DNA of 64,000 bases. It comes from the human T2T-CHM13v2.0 reference genome, Homo sapiens. Shown here piece by piece: positions 43,433 to 60,633 of the stretch. A program made the position numbers and the translations under genes. The first letter of the stretch is position 1, and each line of letters begins with the position of its first letter. The notes under the pieces are model-generated. The model searched no databases, was not told where the DNA came from, and saw only the letters and a list, made by a program, of their open reading frames with translations. The stretch lies in NCBI RefSeq assembly GCF_009914755.1, contig NC_060930.1. One strand, written 5' to 3'.

Positions 43433-45329
43433 ATAGGGAAAGAAGAATGAAAGTTATAACTTACAAGACAGAGGATTTAAATCTGTTGTCCCCTTCGACA
43501 TTTTTTCTGCACTTTCACAGTTGGGATTTCCTGGGTTATTTAGGGTTGGGTGGGGGTGGGAAGTGGAATGACTGCCCACTTCCAAAGGTTTTGCAGGCGT
43601 AGAAGACCACCTCCCATGTCTCTTGTGCTTCTCCCTTTTTAGCACACCCATCCTAGTGCTAACTTTTCCTTTCTCCTCTCCTTCACCTTTCCCTAGGCCC
43701 TTCTTCTTTTCCCTCTTGTCTTCTCTTTTCTTCTACCTTTCATTCTCTGTTACCTCTCATTTGCTACTTAAGTGTTTCCTTTCCCATCCATAAGGGCAAA
43801 GTTGAATGAATCACTTGGTAATGCACCACCTTGAACATCAGAGATTCCATATTAATACATGTCCTCTTCTAATACATTTCATCACATCTTAAGTTCCATC
43901 TCATTCAAAGGCAAGAATGACCTAGACGTTGAAAAAGTAATATTTGCTGCCACAGTCATATTCAGCCTTCAGTCATGCATGAGACATGGCTGAGCACCTT
44001 TGCAGAAGAAAAAAGGAAGCAATGAGGTAAGAACCAAGACAACAAGAGACTTCACAATGTTTCCCGCAATAATGTCAGTTTCTAAATAAATAAATAAATA
44101 AAAACCATGGAAAATGATGAAAGGCTAGATTTTGTCAAGTATGGGACAGGGCAGGAAACAGAAAGCAGTGGCTGTGATTTACCTAAACTGCATTGTTCTT
44201 CTCTCCTGGAGGATTCAGAGTTGGGGAAAACAGAATAATTTTGGAGTCCACAAGTGCCGTATTGAAAATGTTAGTATGGTTTCACCCATCGAGGTCTGTG
44301 TTGTAGGTCCAGCATGCATCTGCTGTGCAATCTGACTTTGCATAAGTTGCCAGGAAAACAGTCCTATGGATTCACATAAATTGGTTCAGCTCAACACAGA
44401 AGTACAATTTTATTCTTCATTCTTGATTTATTTTCCTTCTGTTTTCATCCATTTCCTCCATTCCCCTCCCTTTCATCCCACGAGTCTCCTGCATTTCTTT
44501 CTTCTCTGAATATTATGTACTAGCAACCTCTGGCCAAAGAATGAGATGGATGTGAGGGTGAGTATAGGCATAGCTCTGAGCATGTAAGGGTGAAAGCTAT
44601 ACAAAGGGAGATGGAACCCAAGTTAATTTTAAGATTTCATGAGTTTTCTGTAGCCTGGGAACACTAGATTCAGGTTTTTCTTCCTTCCCAAATTTTACAT
44701 TCTCTGGCTTTTTCTGCTCAGGTAAGCGTTTGCCTTGTCAAAGTGAGTATTGTGGAAATTGCTTTATCAGTATTAACAGATGGTAGAAAAGAGATTTTAA
44801 AAATGCTACATGTAATGGGATATTTGACTGTTCAGGTGATTAATCTGTTAGTAGAATTTGAAAACTTAGGTTTAAATTCTGTGTTGTCAAAAATTTTATT
44901 TATATTATGCCACGTGGCATTATTGGGGGAGGCACAAATGTTTGGGTAAAAGAGACTTCTTGCAGTCTTTGTTTCACCTTGCCTTCTTTAGGAAGCACTG
45001 CATTTCCCTCATCCTGTATTCATTCTTACCCAGTGCTCCTCTTAAATTACTTACTACAGCTCTAGTATATTGCTCAAATTACAGTTATGCCACTAACTGA
45101 AAACAAGGTACCCCATATCTGAGAATCCCATTAAATTTAAACAAGTTGCCTTATACTCTTAGGGGAGTTACTAAACGTAAAATAGCAGACAAACAGGTAT
45201 GCCTCACTTTAACCATCAGAACTATTGCTTTGCTTACATTCTCTATGCTTATAGCACACATTGCCTTGAAATAGTCCATGGTAGGCATGCACACTCCTTG
45301 CCAATGAGTAATAATTAAGATAAGATAAT

Positions 45330-46295
<966 letters not shown>

Positions 46296-46582
46296 AAGTA
46301 AAATTGTATAATTATCTCCTTTATTATTAGATGTTGAACTTTGACAAAATTATTACCACTTTCTAAGACACTCTTAAGAATAGTTGGATAGTCCTTTAGC
46401 ATTATAAAATACAGACACCTCAAGCCACAGGCCAATCAACGTCTTGCTTTCTTACTCATCCTTCAGCCTAGCACTCGCACTTTGAAATATTTATAGTTAA
46501 AATACATTTCCAACAATATTAAACTATCTACACACATTAACTGCAAGACTATTTGAAACTGCAAAATACTGGAAACTACCTA

Positions 46583-46909
<327 letters not shown>

Positions 46910-47730
46910 TCACTTGGATTGCTGAGCCTTAGATTGGCTATATCTCTGTACTGGCAGATTTTGACTGTCTCAGTTGACTCAGTGGACTTTTTGTTAGACC
47001 TGGGCAACAGAAGCAACATGCATCCTGAAATATTAATGGCATCTACTGATGCCTGCTGAAGTCTCTTCATACCACAAACAACAGATCTTCTAAATGAGGG
47101 AGAGCAAGTAGGGAGTGATGGAAGAAAGATCTTGTAGAACTGCCAGAGAATGCATTTATTTTCACTCATCTTTGTTCATATGAAGAATCCTTAAGAAACA
47201 GTATAAGGAAAGAGTAAGACCTTAAAATATCCCATCCAACTGTGGTATTAAAGTTAAAAACATACACTGACCAGATTTACAACTGGATAAACAGAGGGAC
47301 AGAACTAAGTGACCTGGTTAAAGGTGTCTCTGTCTCTGCTAACACCTCATTAACTCGATTTGAAACAGTGCATAACAACTTAAAGTTTCATGTGTTACAA
47401 AAAATTGTCAGAATCTTGGATATGGGCAATGGAAATGATTGGGTGTCTTTTCAGTGAAGTGTTGGGCATTGTCTAATGGACTTCCGGAAATTACTTGATT
47501 CTGAGTGTGTACTTTTGACCAAATTTTTATTTGTTAAACTGTTCGAGGACTCCACAGGAGAAAAGTTGACTTGTAGATAACTGATAGTAATGCAAATGAC
47601 GTTAGACCATACCAACTCAAATAAATTTTGTCTAATAGAAATATAATTAATTTCCAGTAGAAAAGATAACCCCAGATATTACATTTTACTCTCCTGTACC
47701 CCAGATATTACATTTTACTGTCCTGTATAG

Positions 47731-48113
<383 letters not shown>

Positions 48114-48612
48114 TGTCCTGTATAGATTATTAATCAGTTTTCCACATATCATTTACCTATTAATTTCCCCAAGAATCCTAAAATACAAATTATCTTAAAT
48201 TCACAGATGAAAGGAGAGGACAAAATAACCCAAGACATCGCCCAATTTGCAAGTGATGCAGCCTAAATGTAAACTTCACTACCCGCTCCAAAAGTTCAGC
48301 CCTTTCTGCCTCAAAGTCACTCCCGTGGGAGGCAGGCCTCAAACGATTCTCAACAACTAGCACGCTTGGAACACACTAAGGCAAAGAAAAACGCATTTCT
48401 TGCTCCCAACCAAACAATCGAGGAATGAAAATTCCCAGTTAGAGATCCTGGCGTGTTTCTAGAGCCAGCTGAAAACACTGTGAATCCTGGCGCGTTCGGT
48501 GATCTCTCTTCCCAGAGAGAAAGTGGCAGTGGACTTCCATCAGATGATCGCTTGCTGCGTGAACCCATTGATAAACCAATACGCCGGAATCCGACTTCAA
48601 ATGACAAAACCA

Positions 48613-48940
48613 GGGCCAGGCGCGGTAGCTCACGCCTGTAATCCCAGCACTTTGGGAGGCAGAGGTGTGCGGATCCTCTGAGGTTGGGAGTTCGAGACCA
48701 GCCTGACCAACATGGAGAAACCCCATCAATACTAAAAATACAAAATTAGCCGGGTGTGGTGGCGCATAGCTGTAATCCCAGCTACTCCAGAGCCTGAGGC
48801 AGGAGAATCGCTAGAACCCGGGAGGCGGGAGGGGGAGGTTGCAGTGAGCCGAGATCGCGCCATTGCGCTCCAGCCTGGGCAACAAGAGTGAAACTCCGTC
48901 TCAAAAATAATAATAATAATAAATAAATAATAAAAACAAA
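48613..48940 (+). mobile_element. Alu
   Basis: TSD ACAAAACCAGG. Confidence 0.95.
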
Positions 48941-49038
48941 ACCAGGAAGAGCTGCTTTCTAAGACTGGCCTTATTAAGGCCTGAGTCCCTCAATAAGATT
49001 GGTATTGTTTATGTTGTAATCAAAAGCAACTGCTTCGT

Positions 49039-49110
49039 CTCCCCGTCGGGGAATCGAACCCCGGTCTCCCGCGTGACAGACGGGGACACTCACCACTATA
49101 CTAACGAGGA
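49039..49110 (-). tRNA. TRD-GTC3-1: tRNA-Asp(GTC), variant isodecoder
   Basis: Reverse complement TCCTCGTTAGTATAGTGGTGAGTGTCCCCGTCT-GTC-ACGCGGGAGACCGGGGTTCGATTCCCCGACGGGGAG; T4 at 49022-49025. Confidence 0.97.
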
Positions 49111-49789
49111 AGACTTAAGAAAAAAAATCGTGAAAAGAAACTCAATTGAAATGGCATTTATACATTGGCTACTGAATTTGTTCTTGGCAGAGAATTCCTA
49201 AAAATATGCTAATCTTCATATTAAAAAGTTGTTATAAGATTCTATGAAACAGATTTCCCATGTTGCTTCGAAAATCTGAAAACGGCAGTTCTGCAAAAGA
49301 TTATGACTTTGCTGAAAATAGTTCTAGGTCATGAATAGCAAAGAAATGTTCATTAATAGTAAGGAGTACAGTAAACTTAAAAAGCTTCCTCTGCTCGAAA
49401 TATCCTCCTTTCTTCTTCAACTCAAGTTTATTCGTTACAGGTTTACCTCAAGGTCACCGTCCCCCAGGATTTTTTCTCGGACCAATGTGAGTTAGATGCC
49501 CTTCCTCTGCTTCTGTTTACCATGATAAAAATCGTACATATATGAATTTCTACATTTTCTTTCATAAAGGAAAGATCTTAAAGTCTAGGTTTTAGATTTT
49601 GCAGCGGTGACATTAAATGCGTGTTTATTTTTGCATAGCCGTTTAGTAGTAGAAATCCCATTCCCAGGAATGTGCCTCAGTGAAATTCCAGCTGAGCTCA
49701 ATAAGTGGCTTCACAGAAATAAGATATTCATTGTACCAATTTGATGTAACAGGGAATTAAAGGCAACCTGATGTGCATCAGAAATCTGA

Positions 49790-50240
49790 GTGTGTACTGA
49801 GAGAAAATCAGCAAGTTTTCTAGCAGTGCCATAACATGTCGCAGACTGTGTGGCTTAAAACAATAAAAATTTGCTCTCAGTTCTGTTGTCTAGGAGTCTG
49901 AAATCAAAGTGTCTGCAGTCACCCTCTCTGAAGGCTCTAGGGAAGAATATTTCCTTGCCTCTTCCTAGCTTCTGGTGGCTCCTGGAAACCTCTAGTGTAC
50001 CTTGGGTTGTAGCTGCGTAATTCCAATCTCTGTCTCTGTTGTTATGTGGCCTTTTCTCTGTGTCTCTGTATGCCTTCTCTTCTTATAAAGACACGCGTCA
50101 TTGGATTTAAGCCTCACCCTAATCCAGTATGACCTCATCTTAACTAATTACATCAGCAAAGACCCTATTTTCAAATAAAGTCACATTTTGAGGTTCTGGA
50201 TGGACACAAACTTGGGGGCAACATTATTTAATCCACTACA
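49790..50240 (-). mobile_element. MLT1 (MLT1C-like) MaLR LTR
   Basis: GGCTTAAAACAA...CTCTCTGAAGGCTCTAGGGAAGAAT...TAATCCAGTATGACCTCATCTTAAC...CCACTACA. Confidence 0.8.
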
Positions 50241-51022
50241 ACTAAGAATGAAGAAGCGTTATATGCATGAGCTTAATTAACTACACCAAAGTAAACATTA
50301 AGAGCTGCAAAATTACTGACTAAAATTAGCTGTAGGTGAGAGTGAAGCGAGGTAGGGAGGAAGAATATGCAATCTTGCATTGTTATTGTTCAAAGTAAGG
50401 AAACAAAGAGATTGTCCAAAGAAACACAATAACCAAACCCTTAAATAATAATGTAATGATGAAGATAACTAATAGATTAAAAACTATAAACTTTCTAAAA
50501 ATATCAGAAGAGGTAGAATGACAAAATAGCTTGTTTTCAAAATAGAAACTGAAAACCTAAATAAGTGGAAAAATATATCATGTTTACAGAAAAGAAGACT
50601 TAATATCTCAACTATATCATTTCTTCCCAAACTAATCTATTGATTCAGTGTAATTTCAACATAAATTCCAAAAGTGTTTTTCCAAGGACTTGATAAACTG
50701 GTTGTAAAATTATATGGAAGTGCATAGGAACTATAATAGCAAGAACACTTACTAAAAATAAGGAGAGAATTGCCAACAAACTTGCAGGACTTATTAGACA
50801 TTCCAGAAATTCGTATATTAAAACAGGTACTGATATAAAATCTTGAGTTGACAAAATATGAAAAGAGTTCATTTAAAAAGCCCATACATATATAAACTCT
50901 GGTATATCGACAGAGGGTTATGCCAGATCAGAGGAGAGTTGGGGGTATTTAATAAATGAAGCCAGGAATGTAATATTCCTATAGAGGGGAAACATGAAAT
51001 TGAGTAAAGATTAACATCGTGA

Positions 51023-51318
51023 GCCGGGCGCAGTGGTTCACGCCTGTAATCCCAGCACTCTGGAAGGCCGAGGAGCGTGGATCGCCTGAGGTCAGGAGTT
51101 CAAGACCAACTTGACCAACATAGTGAAATCCCATCTGTACTAAAAATACAAAAAATTAGCTGGGCGTGGTGGCTGGTGCCTGTAACCCCAGCTACTCAGG
51201 AGGCTGAGGCAGGAGAATCGCTTGAACCCAGGATGTGGAGGTTGCAGTGAGCCAAGATAATGTCGTTTCACTCCAGCCTGGGCAACAGGAGAGAAACTCC
51301 GTCTAAGAAAGAAAAAAA
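51023..51318 (+). mobile_element. Alu
   Basis: TSD AAAGATTAACA. Confidence 0.95.
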
Positions 51319-53198
51319 GATTAACACCATGAAGATCAAGGACATAAATGTCAAAAACAAAATTTACAATTTCTTAGTAGTATTTATACAAATCAATCAG
51401 GACCTTGTGTACACTAGTTAGGTAGTAAGATTGGGACATTTAATACAATAAATTGGCTACACTAGTGGTAGAGAAACTGATATGACAAATGGTACAGAGA
51501 TTAGCAAGAACGGGAAATCACTAAAGGCCAAAAGCCTCCGCCACCTGGAAGAACCTGAAGCCACAGCAGGCTTACCCGTCAGGCACTTGACACATTAAGA
51601 TGTAGCAGAAACCCAGGAGGGATGAGCAATACCCTGTTTCCACTTTTTCTTTTTCCCTTTCATCTCCATTCAGTGCCTAACATTGGTTAAGTCCAGCCAG
51701 AAGTCAGTTGACAAGGGAGTCTGGGAAACGCAGTTTACAACAACGTCATTGCAGTGTAGAGCACAAAAGAGCATGGGTGATGAATAAGTCTGAGCAAAAA
51801 CAGCTAAGTGAAGTCTACCTCTTTTGCTACTCAACATCCAATCTCGGCATTTTACCAATATGTAACTCACATTTAAAAACTAATGCTTTCTGTACATGAA
51901 GAGATCCTTAAACTCCCCCAGAAAAGAGAAGCAAGTACCATCACACTTTCTGGAAGAGACAGCATTATTAGAGCCTAGGAATTGAAATTATCTGGCTTAA
52001 GGTTTAATCGTACTAGTCCTGTCCAGTGAGAGCTAAAGTGAAGGAGAACATGCAGCTGTTCCCATAGAGGGTGCCCAAAGCAGGCAGACAGTGGTGGAAA
52101 TTATCTGACTTCTTTATTTCTTTTACTCTCCTATCACCCACCACTGCATTTTGTTGACTAAACTGAGCTGCAGATAAATGTGAAGTAGGCTTGGGAAATA
52201 CAGTCTGAGTTCAGCCCCCTTTGATGTGGGAAAAAGGTGCAGGAGAAGGGTGAAGAAAGAATTTGAGAAGCAAGAGGCAGTGGTTACCACATATATGAGA
52301 ATATGTATTGGAAGAAGTAAAGATTGGAAACACTGGTTAAACAAGACACAAAAATGCTCCAGGTTTAAGAAAACCTTGATATTTATGAAAGTAATTACAG
52401 ATTAAATTGAAAACACAAGTTACACTGAGAAAGATTAAACTGCATTCAAATAATTGAATTGCAAGGAATGATTAGATAAGGAGGAAGATAAAAAAATGTA
52501 GCAAGACTTCCACATGTAAATAAATCAAATATATACACGAAATAATCAAATAGATAAATAAACTGACATTTAGAAGAAAATTCAAAGGTACAAATCCAAA
52601 CATATGTAGATATGTTCAACCTCATTGTGATAAAGGAATACAAACCATCACTACAACAAGATACTATTAACCTCCACTTGATCAAATTAAAATGAAATGT
52701 GCAAAAATAACAGCAGTTGACTATTTGGATATGTAGTAGTATCCCTAATACATTGCCAAGAGAGGCATCCATTTTTACAGCCCTGGAAAATGGTTTGTCA
52801 TTATCTCAAAAAGTTAAACATTTACAAAATGTAACAAATTAACAATTTGTCTTCTAGGAACACACACACACACACACTCAAAGTACTTATAACTCTGTAC
52901 CATGCCACATGTGCATAATTGCTCATAGGACTGTTGACAATATTAAATATACCTGGAAACAACTCAGATGCTCATTGGTTGATGTGTGAAAGGCCTGATG
53001 CAAAGATTTTTGAAGTCTGCTCTCTGAAATGAGAAAATTTCCCATGGGGTATGCATAATATATGCATGACAATTATTCATGTATTAGCTGCTCTAATCCC
53101 ACAAAAAATCCTCAATATTTTCTAAAATGTAGAAATAGTAGAAATCAACATTTTCTGACCCTTGAAAATTATAAAACTTTCTTTTAAAAACTAGGGCC

Positions 53199-53977
<779 letters not shown>

Positions 53978-55529
53978 CTACCAATAAAAAGGAAATAATA
54001 TTAAAGCCAAAACTCTGTCTCAGAGAGTGACTTAGTTTGGGTTCCCAAGAAACAGATTACCTGAGACAGAGATTATGTGCACAAAATTTATTAGAGTACA
54101 CAGAAGAAAATGTAGAAGAATGAGAGAAAAGCAGAATTGGAGAGATGAAAAAGTAAAACTGCAAAGCAGTTACAGCAGAGGCTTCAGCCAAGCCACAGGA
54201 GCTCTGGTAGGATGCCCTTCAGAACTGTCCCAAATTGAAGCAAAAATGTGGTCATTGGATACTGTTTGCCCCAGAGAGAGCGTCTAGTCCTGAGAGAGTG
54301 CAATCTTTGGCAGGGGCGCTGTTCCTTGAGGCGAAATGACACTTTAGCAGTCAACACTCCTTGAAGCTATGAGAATGGAGCTTTGATACTGTGGAGAGGG
54401 GTAGCCCTATCAGATATTAAAATATACTCTTCATGCATCTATAATTAAAGCACTATAGCATTCACAAATGAATAGAAAAACAGTCTAGTAATGTAATACA
54501 AAGTCCAGAAGTAAACAAAATCACATATGGGTATTTAATATTTGATAAAGCATATATTTCAAGCCATAGGTGCAAAGATGGACTTTTTGACAAGTAGTTC
54601 AGGAAAAATTTGTTAGCCAATTAGAGCTAAAATGAAATTCAGCCCTCACTCTTTATGCAAGAATAAATTCCAAATGAATCAGTGATCTAAGTGCAAACAC
54701 TGAAACCTACAAGTATTAAAAAGAGTCATGTGTGAATTCCCTTGTAGCCTGGATATAGAAAGTTTCCTAATTATAACTTAAACTGTAGATATAATAAAAG
54801 AAAATTTAGTATCTTAAAGTACCTACAAATATGGTACAAAAAAATATGATAAACAGACTCTAAACAGAGTTAACAAATGGTGGGAATGGGTGCCGGGAGA
54901 CTATTTGCAATGTGTATCACAGATAAAGAGTTAATATCCTTAATACAGAAACATTTTTCAACAATTGAAGAAAAAGGCCAAAACTTTATAGTCAAATGGG
55001 CAAAAAAAATTAACAGATAATTAATATATATATTTGCACATATGAAAATATGTTTAAATTCTGTAATAAAAAATTGCAAATTGAAACTATATGAAGATAC
55101 TGTTTCTCTGCTATCAGCTTGGTAAAAATTTAAAAAGTATGTCAGTGCATACAGGAACAGGTAGTGTCATTGATTTCTGGTAAGGAAGCACATTGTTATC
55201 AATATAATCTTTATGAAGGGGAATTTGACTATGTCTAACAAAATTATATATACATTAATCATTTCACCCAAAAATCCCAAGTCTAACAATTTACCCTGAA
55301 AATCTACATCCAACAAAATGAAAATATACATCAGCATATTTACTCATTGCAGCATTGCTTGCAATTGCAAAATTTTTTAAACAACCTAAATGCTTAAGCA
55401 TAAAAGAATGATTAGATTGTTACTTCCACACAATGGAGTACTTATGCAGCTGTACAAAAGATCTCTGTGAACTGACATGGAGAGATTTCAAAGATATATT
55501 GCTAAACAAAAAAAGTAAATCAAATCAGT

Positions 55530-55830
55530 ATCTATATACTGTAAATCAATACATATACTATATATACAATAAGTACATATCTATAGATAGTATCTATAGA
55601 TATGTACATATCTATAGATAGTATCTATAGATATGTACATATCTATAGATACTATATATACAATATGTATATATCTATAGGTACTATATATACAATATGT
55701 ATATATCTATAGGTACTATATATACAATATGTATATATCTATAGATACTGTATAGATATCAATATATATACAATATATAAAGCAAATCAATATCTATATA
55801 CTGTAAATCAATATATATACAATATAGTAT
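55530..55830. repeat. AT-rich palindromic minisatellite
   Basis: Repeated ATCTATAGAT / ATGTACAT / TATATACAATATG units. Confidence 0.9.
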
Positions 55831-55878
55831 AATATTTTTCGTCTGAGAAAGAAGAGGACATTTTAAAAAGTATGTATC

Positions 55879-56172
55879 ACCAGGCGTGGTGGCTCACACC
55901 TGTAATCCCAGCACTTTGGGAGGCCGAGGTGGGTGGATTGCGAGGTCAGGAGTTTGAGACCAGCCTCACCAACATGGTGAAACCCTGTCTCTACTAAAAA
56001 TAGAAAAATTAGCCAGGGCTGGTGGCGCGCGCCTGTAGTCCCAGCTACTCGGGAGGCTGAGACAGGAGAATCGTTTGAACCCGGGCGGCAGAAGTTGCAG
56101 GAGCTGAGATCGCGCCATTGCACCCCAGCCTGGTCTAAAAATAAATAAACAAACAAATAAATAAATAAATAA
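55879..56172 (+). mobile_element. Alu
   Basis: TSD AAGTATGT. Confidence 0.93.
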
Positions 56173-56395
56173 GTATGTGTCTGCCTGCTTATTCAAAAGG
56201 AGGTGCAGGAAGGATAAAAAAGAAACTGGTAAAATGGATTACCTATAGGGGGTAGATGAGAATGAGTTGAAAAAGCTGGAGAAGGAAAGAAAAAGAAGCA
56301 ATGAAGGGAAGTGATATTTCTTCGAGTATGTCTCTTTTGCACAGTTTAACTTTTAAAATGATGTTATGTTTTAAGTATGTACAAAAAATAAAATA

Positions 56396-56705
<310 letters not shown>

Positions 56706-57458
56706 CAAGGTCAGGGGAAAGAGTCAAAATGGACCTGATTACTTCAAATGAATCACATAACTGAAAAAGAAAGGGCGAGACCTTACAAAATGGATCCAAA
56801 TGCAGTGTTTGGACTGAATATTGTCAGGCTCAAGACAAAAGGGACATGACAAAAAAAACTATCAACAACGTTGAACTCTTGGTACCTTTGTTTCATAGTG
56901 GCGTTGTTTAGCGTGCTGCCCACAGAAGCCATGCACTAGAAGCCCATGATCAGGGTCATTAACCATAATCCAAATCCCAGGATAATGACAGAAATAATGT
57001 AAACACAGAAAATACTATTTCAAAAAGTGTTTGGAAATGAGTTTTTCAACTGGGAACTGTTGCAAAGTGGTCAAATTTTCTGTGAAAGAAGAGCTGGTCT
57101 AAACTCCAAGGAACCACAGAGACAGGCTATGCAAAGGTCACTGCTCTTAAAGATTTTGGATTTTAATCAAGACTGCCCAAAGTGCTCCCCCATGCCTGGA
57201 TTAATGAGCCATTTCAAGGGAGTTTTAAAATGGTCCATTTCCCAGTCATTCCATCACCAGTTTATTATTTTTATATCATGTCCTTTTCCTCTTCTCTTGA
57301 AATCTTGGGGATACGTTTCAAATAATATTGGGAAAGCATAATTTAGTGAAGAAAGCGATGCATTTGTCTGTTTCGGCCTTTGTGATATTTCCTTCTCCTC
57401 ACAAAATGTTCCCAAATGGGATGGGTTTAGACCTAACTGAAGTAAAACTTCTGAAGTT

Positions 57459-57531
57459 CGCCTGAACAGGGACTTGAACCCTGGACCCTCAGATTAAAAG
57501 TCTGATGCTCTACCGACTGAGCTATCCAGGC
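57459..57531 (-). tRNA. TRK-TTT4-1: tRNA-Lys(TTT)
   Basis: Reverse complement GCCTGGATAGCTCAGTCGGTAGAGCATCAGACT-TTT-AATCTGAGGGTCCAGGGTTCAAGTCCCTGTTCAGGCG; T4 at 57444-57447. Confidence 0.98.
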
Positions 57532-58465
57532 TCTCTACACTGGGCTCTAACTCACTAAGAAGTGCTAATAAGGCTCATGATTTCAGTAATTATTAGGTTC
57601 TTCCAAGCGTTCTGGTCATATACCTGTGCCTCAGCACTGCAGCCGAGCTTTATTATATTGAACATTCATTTCAACCTCAAACTGTTTATTCGTTAAATAT
57701 AAAATTATTGTGTAGTATTTATTACAGGGGAAATGACGAAGAAAATCGGGCTCAGAATAGAGTGGGACCCCTTCGGTAGTGAATAATCCCGCAGCTCATT
57801 ATTGCGAACAGCAGCCCTTAGAGATCGTAGCTGGCTGGTAAAGGCGGCTTTAGAGCGGACGCCCAGGCTTCTTCATCAGCTTACCAGAAGGTTGGAGGCA
57901 GAAGGTACGCATTTCAACAATGACTTCGATAAGTGGGAAGAAACTTCAGAAGTATCAAACATTTGGGTAAAGAAAGATTGTTATGTCACAAGGGAAGCAG
58001 TTCAATTCCCGTTGTTTCCTCCGGTGTTTTCCTAGCTCTTTAAGAGATGAAGTTTCCTGGAATCGTAATGCCAGAGCAACACACAAGTGACACCCGCTTC
58101 TGTCTGGGGAATTACCTTCTTCAAAACACACGTCAAAATTTTATAATATCTTTTTCCCGGTCGCCCAACCTAGTCTTCATCTTTCGCTCTCTTTTTCTTC
58201 ACCTCTTCCTCAGTCTTTCCCTTCTTCACACCGGTCTCTGCTCCTCTACCGCCTTATTTTTCAGACCTCCCATTTGCAGATTCACTCATTTCTCCGCTTA
58301 TGCTTCCGTTCTTTGAAAGTGAACCACTAGGTTTCAGAAAGCACCAGGCAGTTAAAACAGAGTTTACTCCCTCGGTCACTGTAGGTCTTCAGTCATTCAT
58401 GAGAGGTGTTAAAGCACCTCTAACAAGTGCAAGATGCAGTGTTTTGGAGGAAGAAAACAGGCACC

Positions 58466-58537
58466 TAGCAGAGGATGGTTTCGATCCATCGACCTCTGGG
58501 TTATGGGCCCAGCACGCTTCCGCTGCGCCACTCTGCT
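58466..58537 (-). tRNA. TRX-CAT1-6: initiator tRNA-Met(CAT)
   Basis: Reverse complement AGCAGAGTGGCGCAGCGGAAGCGTGCTGGGCC-CAT-AACCCAGAGGTCGATGGATCGAAACCATCCTCTGCTA; A1:U72, three G:C anticodon-stem pairs, ATCGAAA T loop; T4 at 58454-58457. Confidence 0.98.
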
Positions 58538-60075
58538 GTCCCCTTCAGCTGTTGTGCCTTATCTCCAAGTAACTTAAACATCTCCTAACACCGCTGTCCA
58601 GCTGCGTCAATATTTTTTTCTTCCTTATCCATTTATCTTCTCTAGTCTCTGTCTTTCATCCTCGAGTTGTCTCACGTTTCCTTCTCAACATAGTCACCTA
58701 CAACTTGTTGTTTGCTCCTTTGCAACTTAAGAAAACCGATTGAAATCCTTTCTCAGGAACTTGATTTTCAAACCGTTAGGCTCTCATACACCGACTTCTA
58801 GGGTTGGATTTAGAATTCAGGGCTTGTTCGTTTGTTTGTTTGCTTGTTTGTTTGCTTGCTTGCTTGCTTCCCACGCCTTCCATAGTGCACTCACTGTCTG
58901 CATTTGGAACACCTTGACTCCTCCGTGTCCCTGGTAAGACAAGGGCACTGTGTGGTCCTGTGGCCCTGTCCTCGGCCAGGTTGGAGGGACTAAGGAGAAA
59001 CTGAAGATGCAGCGAACGGAAGAGAAGGAAATGCATGTACTTCTGAAAATCGTTGCTCGCGGAATTGAGGCAGACGTGGAGACGACATGCCTACTCAAAG
59101 AAGATTCAGTTTTCCGTGTCCCCACCACAATGAAACTTCTTTCACAAAGATCATAATGGGTATTCCTAACTACAAGGAGAGCGTGTGTGTGTTGTCCACT
59201 TGGCCTTTGGACACTGGGTCGGAAAACTGAGGCTCAGATCGCTTTCTAGGTGCGTCTGTGGACCCGTTTTTGTCAGTCTTGGTTCTTCCAGCCAAGGAAT
59301 TGCGCAAAGCTGTTTTAAAGATTCTGTGTATAATTTAAGCTCCCCAATGGGGTGAGCTTCATGGGCCTGAGATCTATGCAGTCGCACAATTTACCACCAT
59401 CCCCCGAGCACCCCTACACACACACACCCAGTCCTACTCTTGGGGTTTAATGTTTTGTAATGACTCTCTTGAAGTTCTCAATAGTTTTATCCTTAAACTT
59501 ATGTTTTGTAAGCTATAGCCAACATGACAATGTAGCATGCTTAGGCATGGGGGTCTGTTGGCTCCCAAGAGTTCTGCCGAAGAGTTGACTCCCAAGAGCT
59601 CTGCTTCCCCTGGATGGGTTTTCAGCAACGAATTTGCCCTGCTAACTGACATCCTTCCCCACTCTCTTTCCCGACCCCTCTTCCCCACCTGCCTCCAGCA
59701 GTAAAGCCCCCTAGGGGGTCTACAGAAGAGGGATTAAGTTCCTGCAGCCTAATCCCGGGATTTCTGGGGTGTGGCATAATGGCTGTCATTCCCGACACTG
59801 GCTGGCAGACTGGCAGAGCCCAGGTGAGTTAGGAGGGTGTCTTGGTGGGAGTGAGCCTGCAGCTCACACCCATATCAGTATATATTCATAATTATAACAG
59901 CATTGTCTTCCTGCTTTTTGAACAAGGGCTCCCTCATTTTAATTTTTCACTGGGCCCTGCAAAATATATAGCTGGTTCTGCTCCCCAAATTTCAGTGGTG
60001 TTTGGTTCTCTTTGCTGGGCTCCCCTCAGGCTTCTTTACTATCTTGTTCTCATACTTGAAAAATCAGACCCTGGG

Positions 60076-60398
60076 GGCCGGGCGCGGTGGCTCACGTCTG
60101 TAATCCCAGCACTTTGGGAGAACGAGGCGGATGGATCGCGAGGTCAGGAGTTCGAGACCAGCCTGACCAATACGGTGAATCCCCGTCTCTACTAAAAATA
60201 CAAAAAAGTTAGCCAGGCATGGCTGAGATTGCGCATGGCTGTAATCTCAGCTACTAGGGAGGCTGAGGCAGGAGAATTGCTTGAAACCAGGAGGCGGAGT
60301 TTGCAGTGAGCCAAGTCACGCCGCTGCACTCCAGCCTGAGCGACAGAGCAAGACTCTGTCTCAAAAAAAAAAAAAAAGAAAAAGAAAAAAGAAAGAAA
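60076..60398 (+). mobile_element. Alu
   Basis: TSD ATCAGACCCTGG. Confidence 0.95.
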
Positions 60399-60633
60399 CA
60401 TCAGACCCTGGATTCTTAAAGATGGAGCTTGGAGTCCTCAAGGGAAGAATTTGGAGGCTTCATTTTGAAACCCCAATGCTTAATACTGCTATAAGTTTCT
60501 ATTTTTACATTATCTAAATATTATAAAATTCAAGTCAGAAAAGATGCCAAACCATTTAAATTACTAACACATTTAGATAATATATCAACTAATCTCTAAT
60601 AATTTAATTACTTATCAGACATTTTTTGAACAG

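Noticed and set aside
59706-59718. Palindromic CCCCCTAGGGGG CTCF-like site (also 28782-28795)
   Set aside because: Short motif matches alone are insufficient without ChIP data
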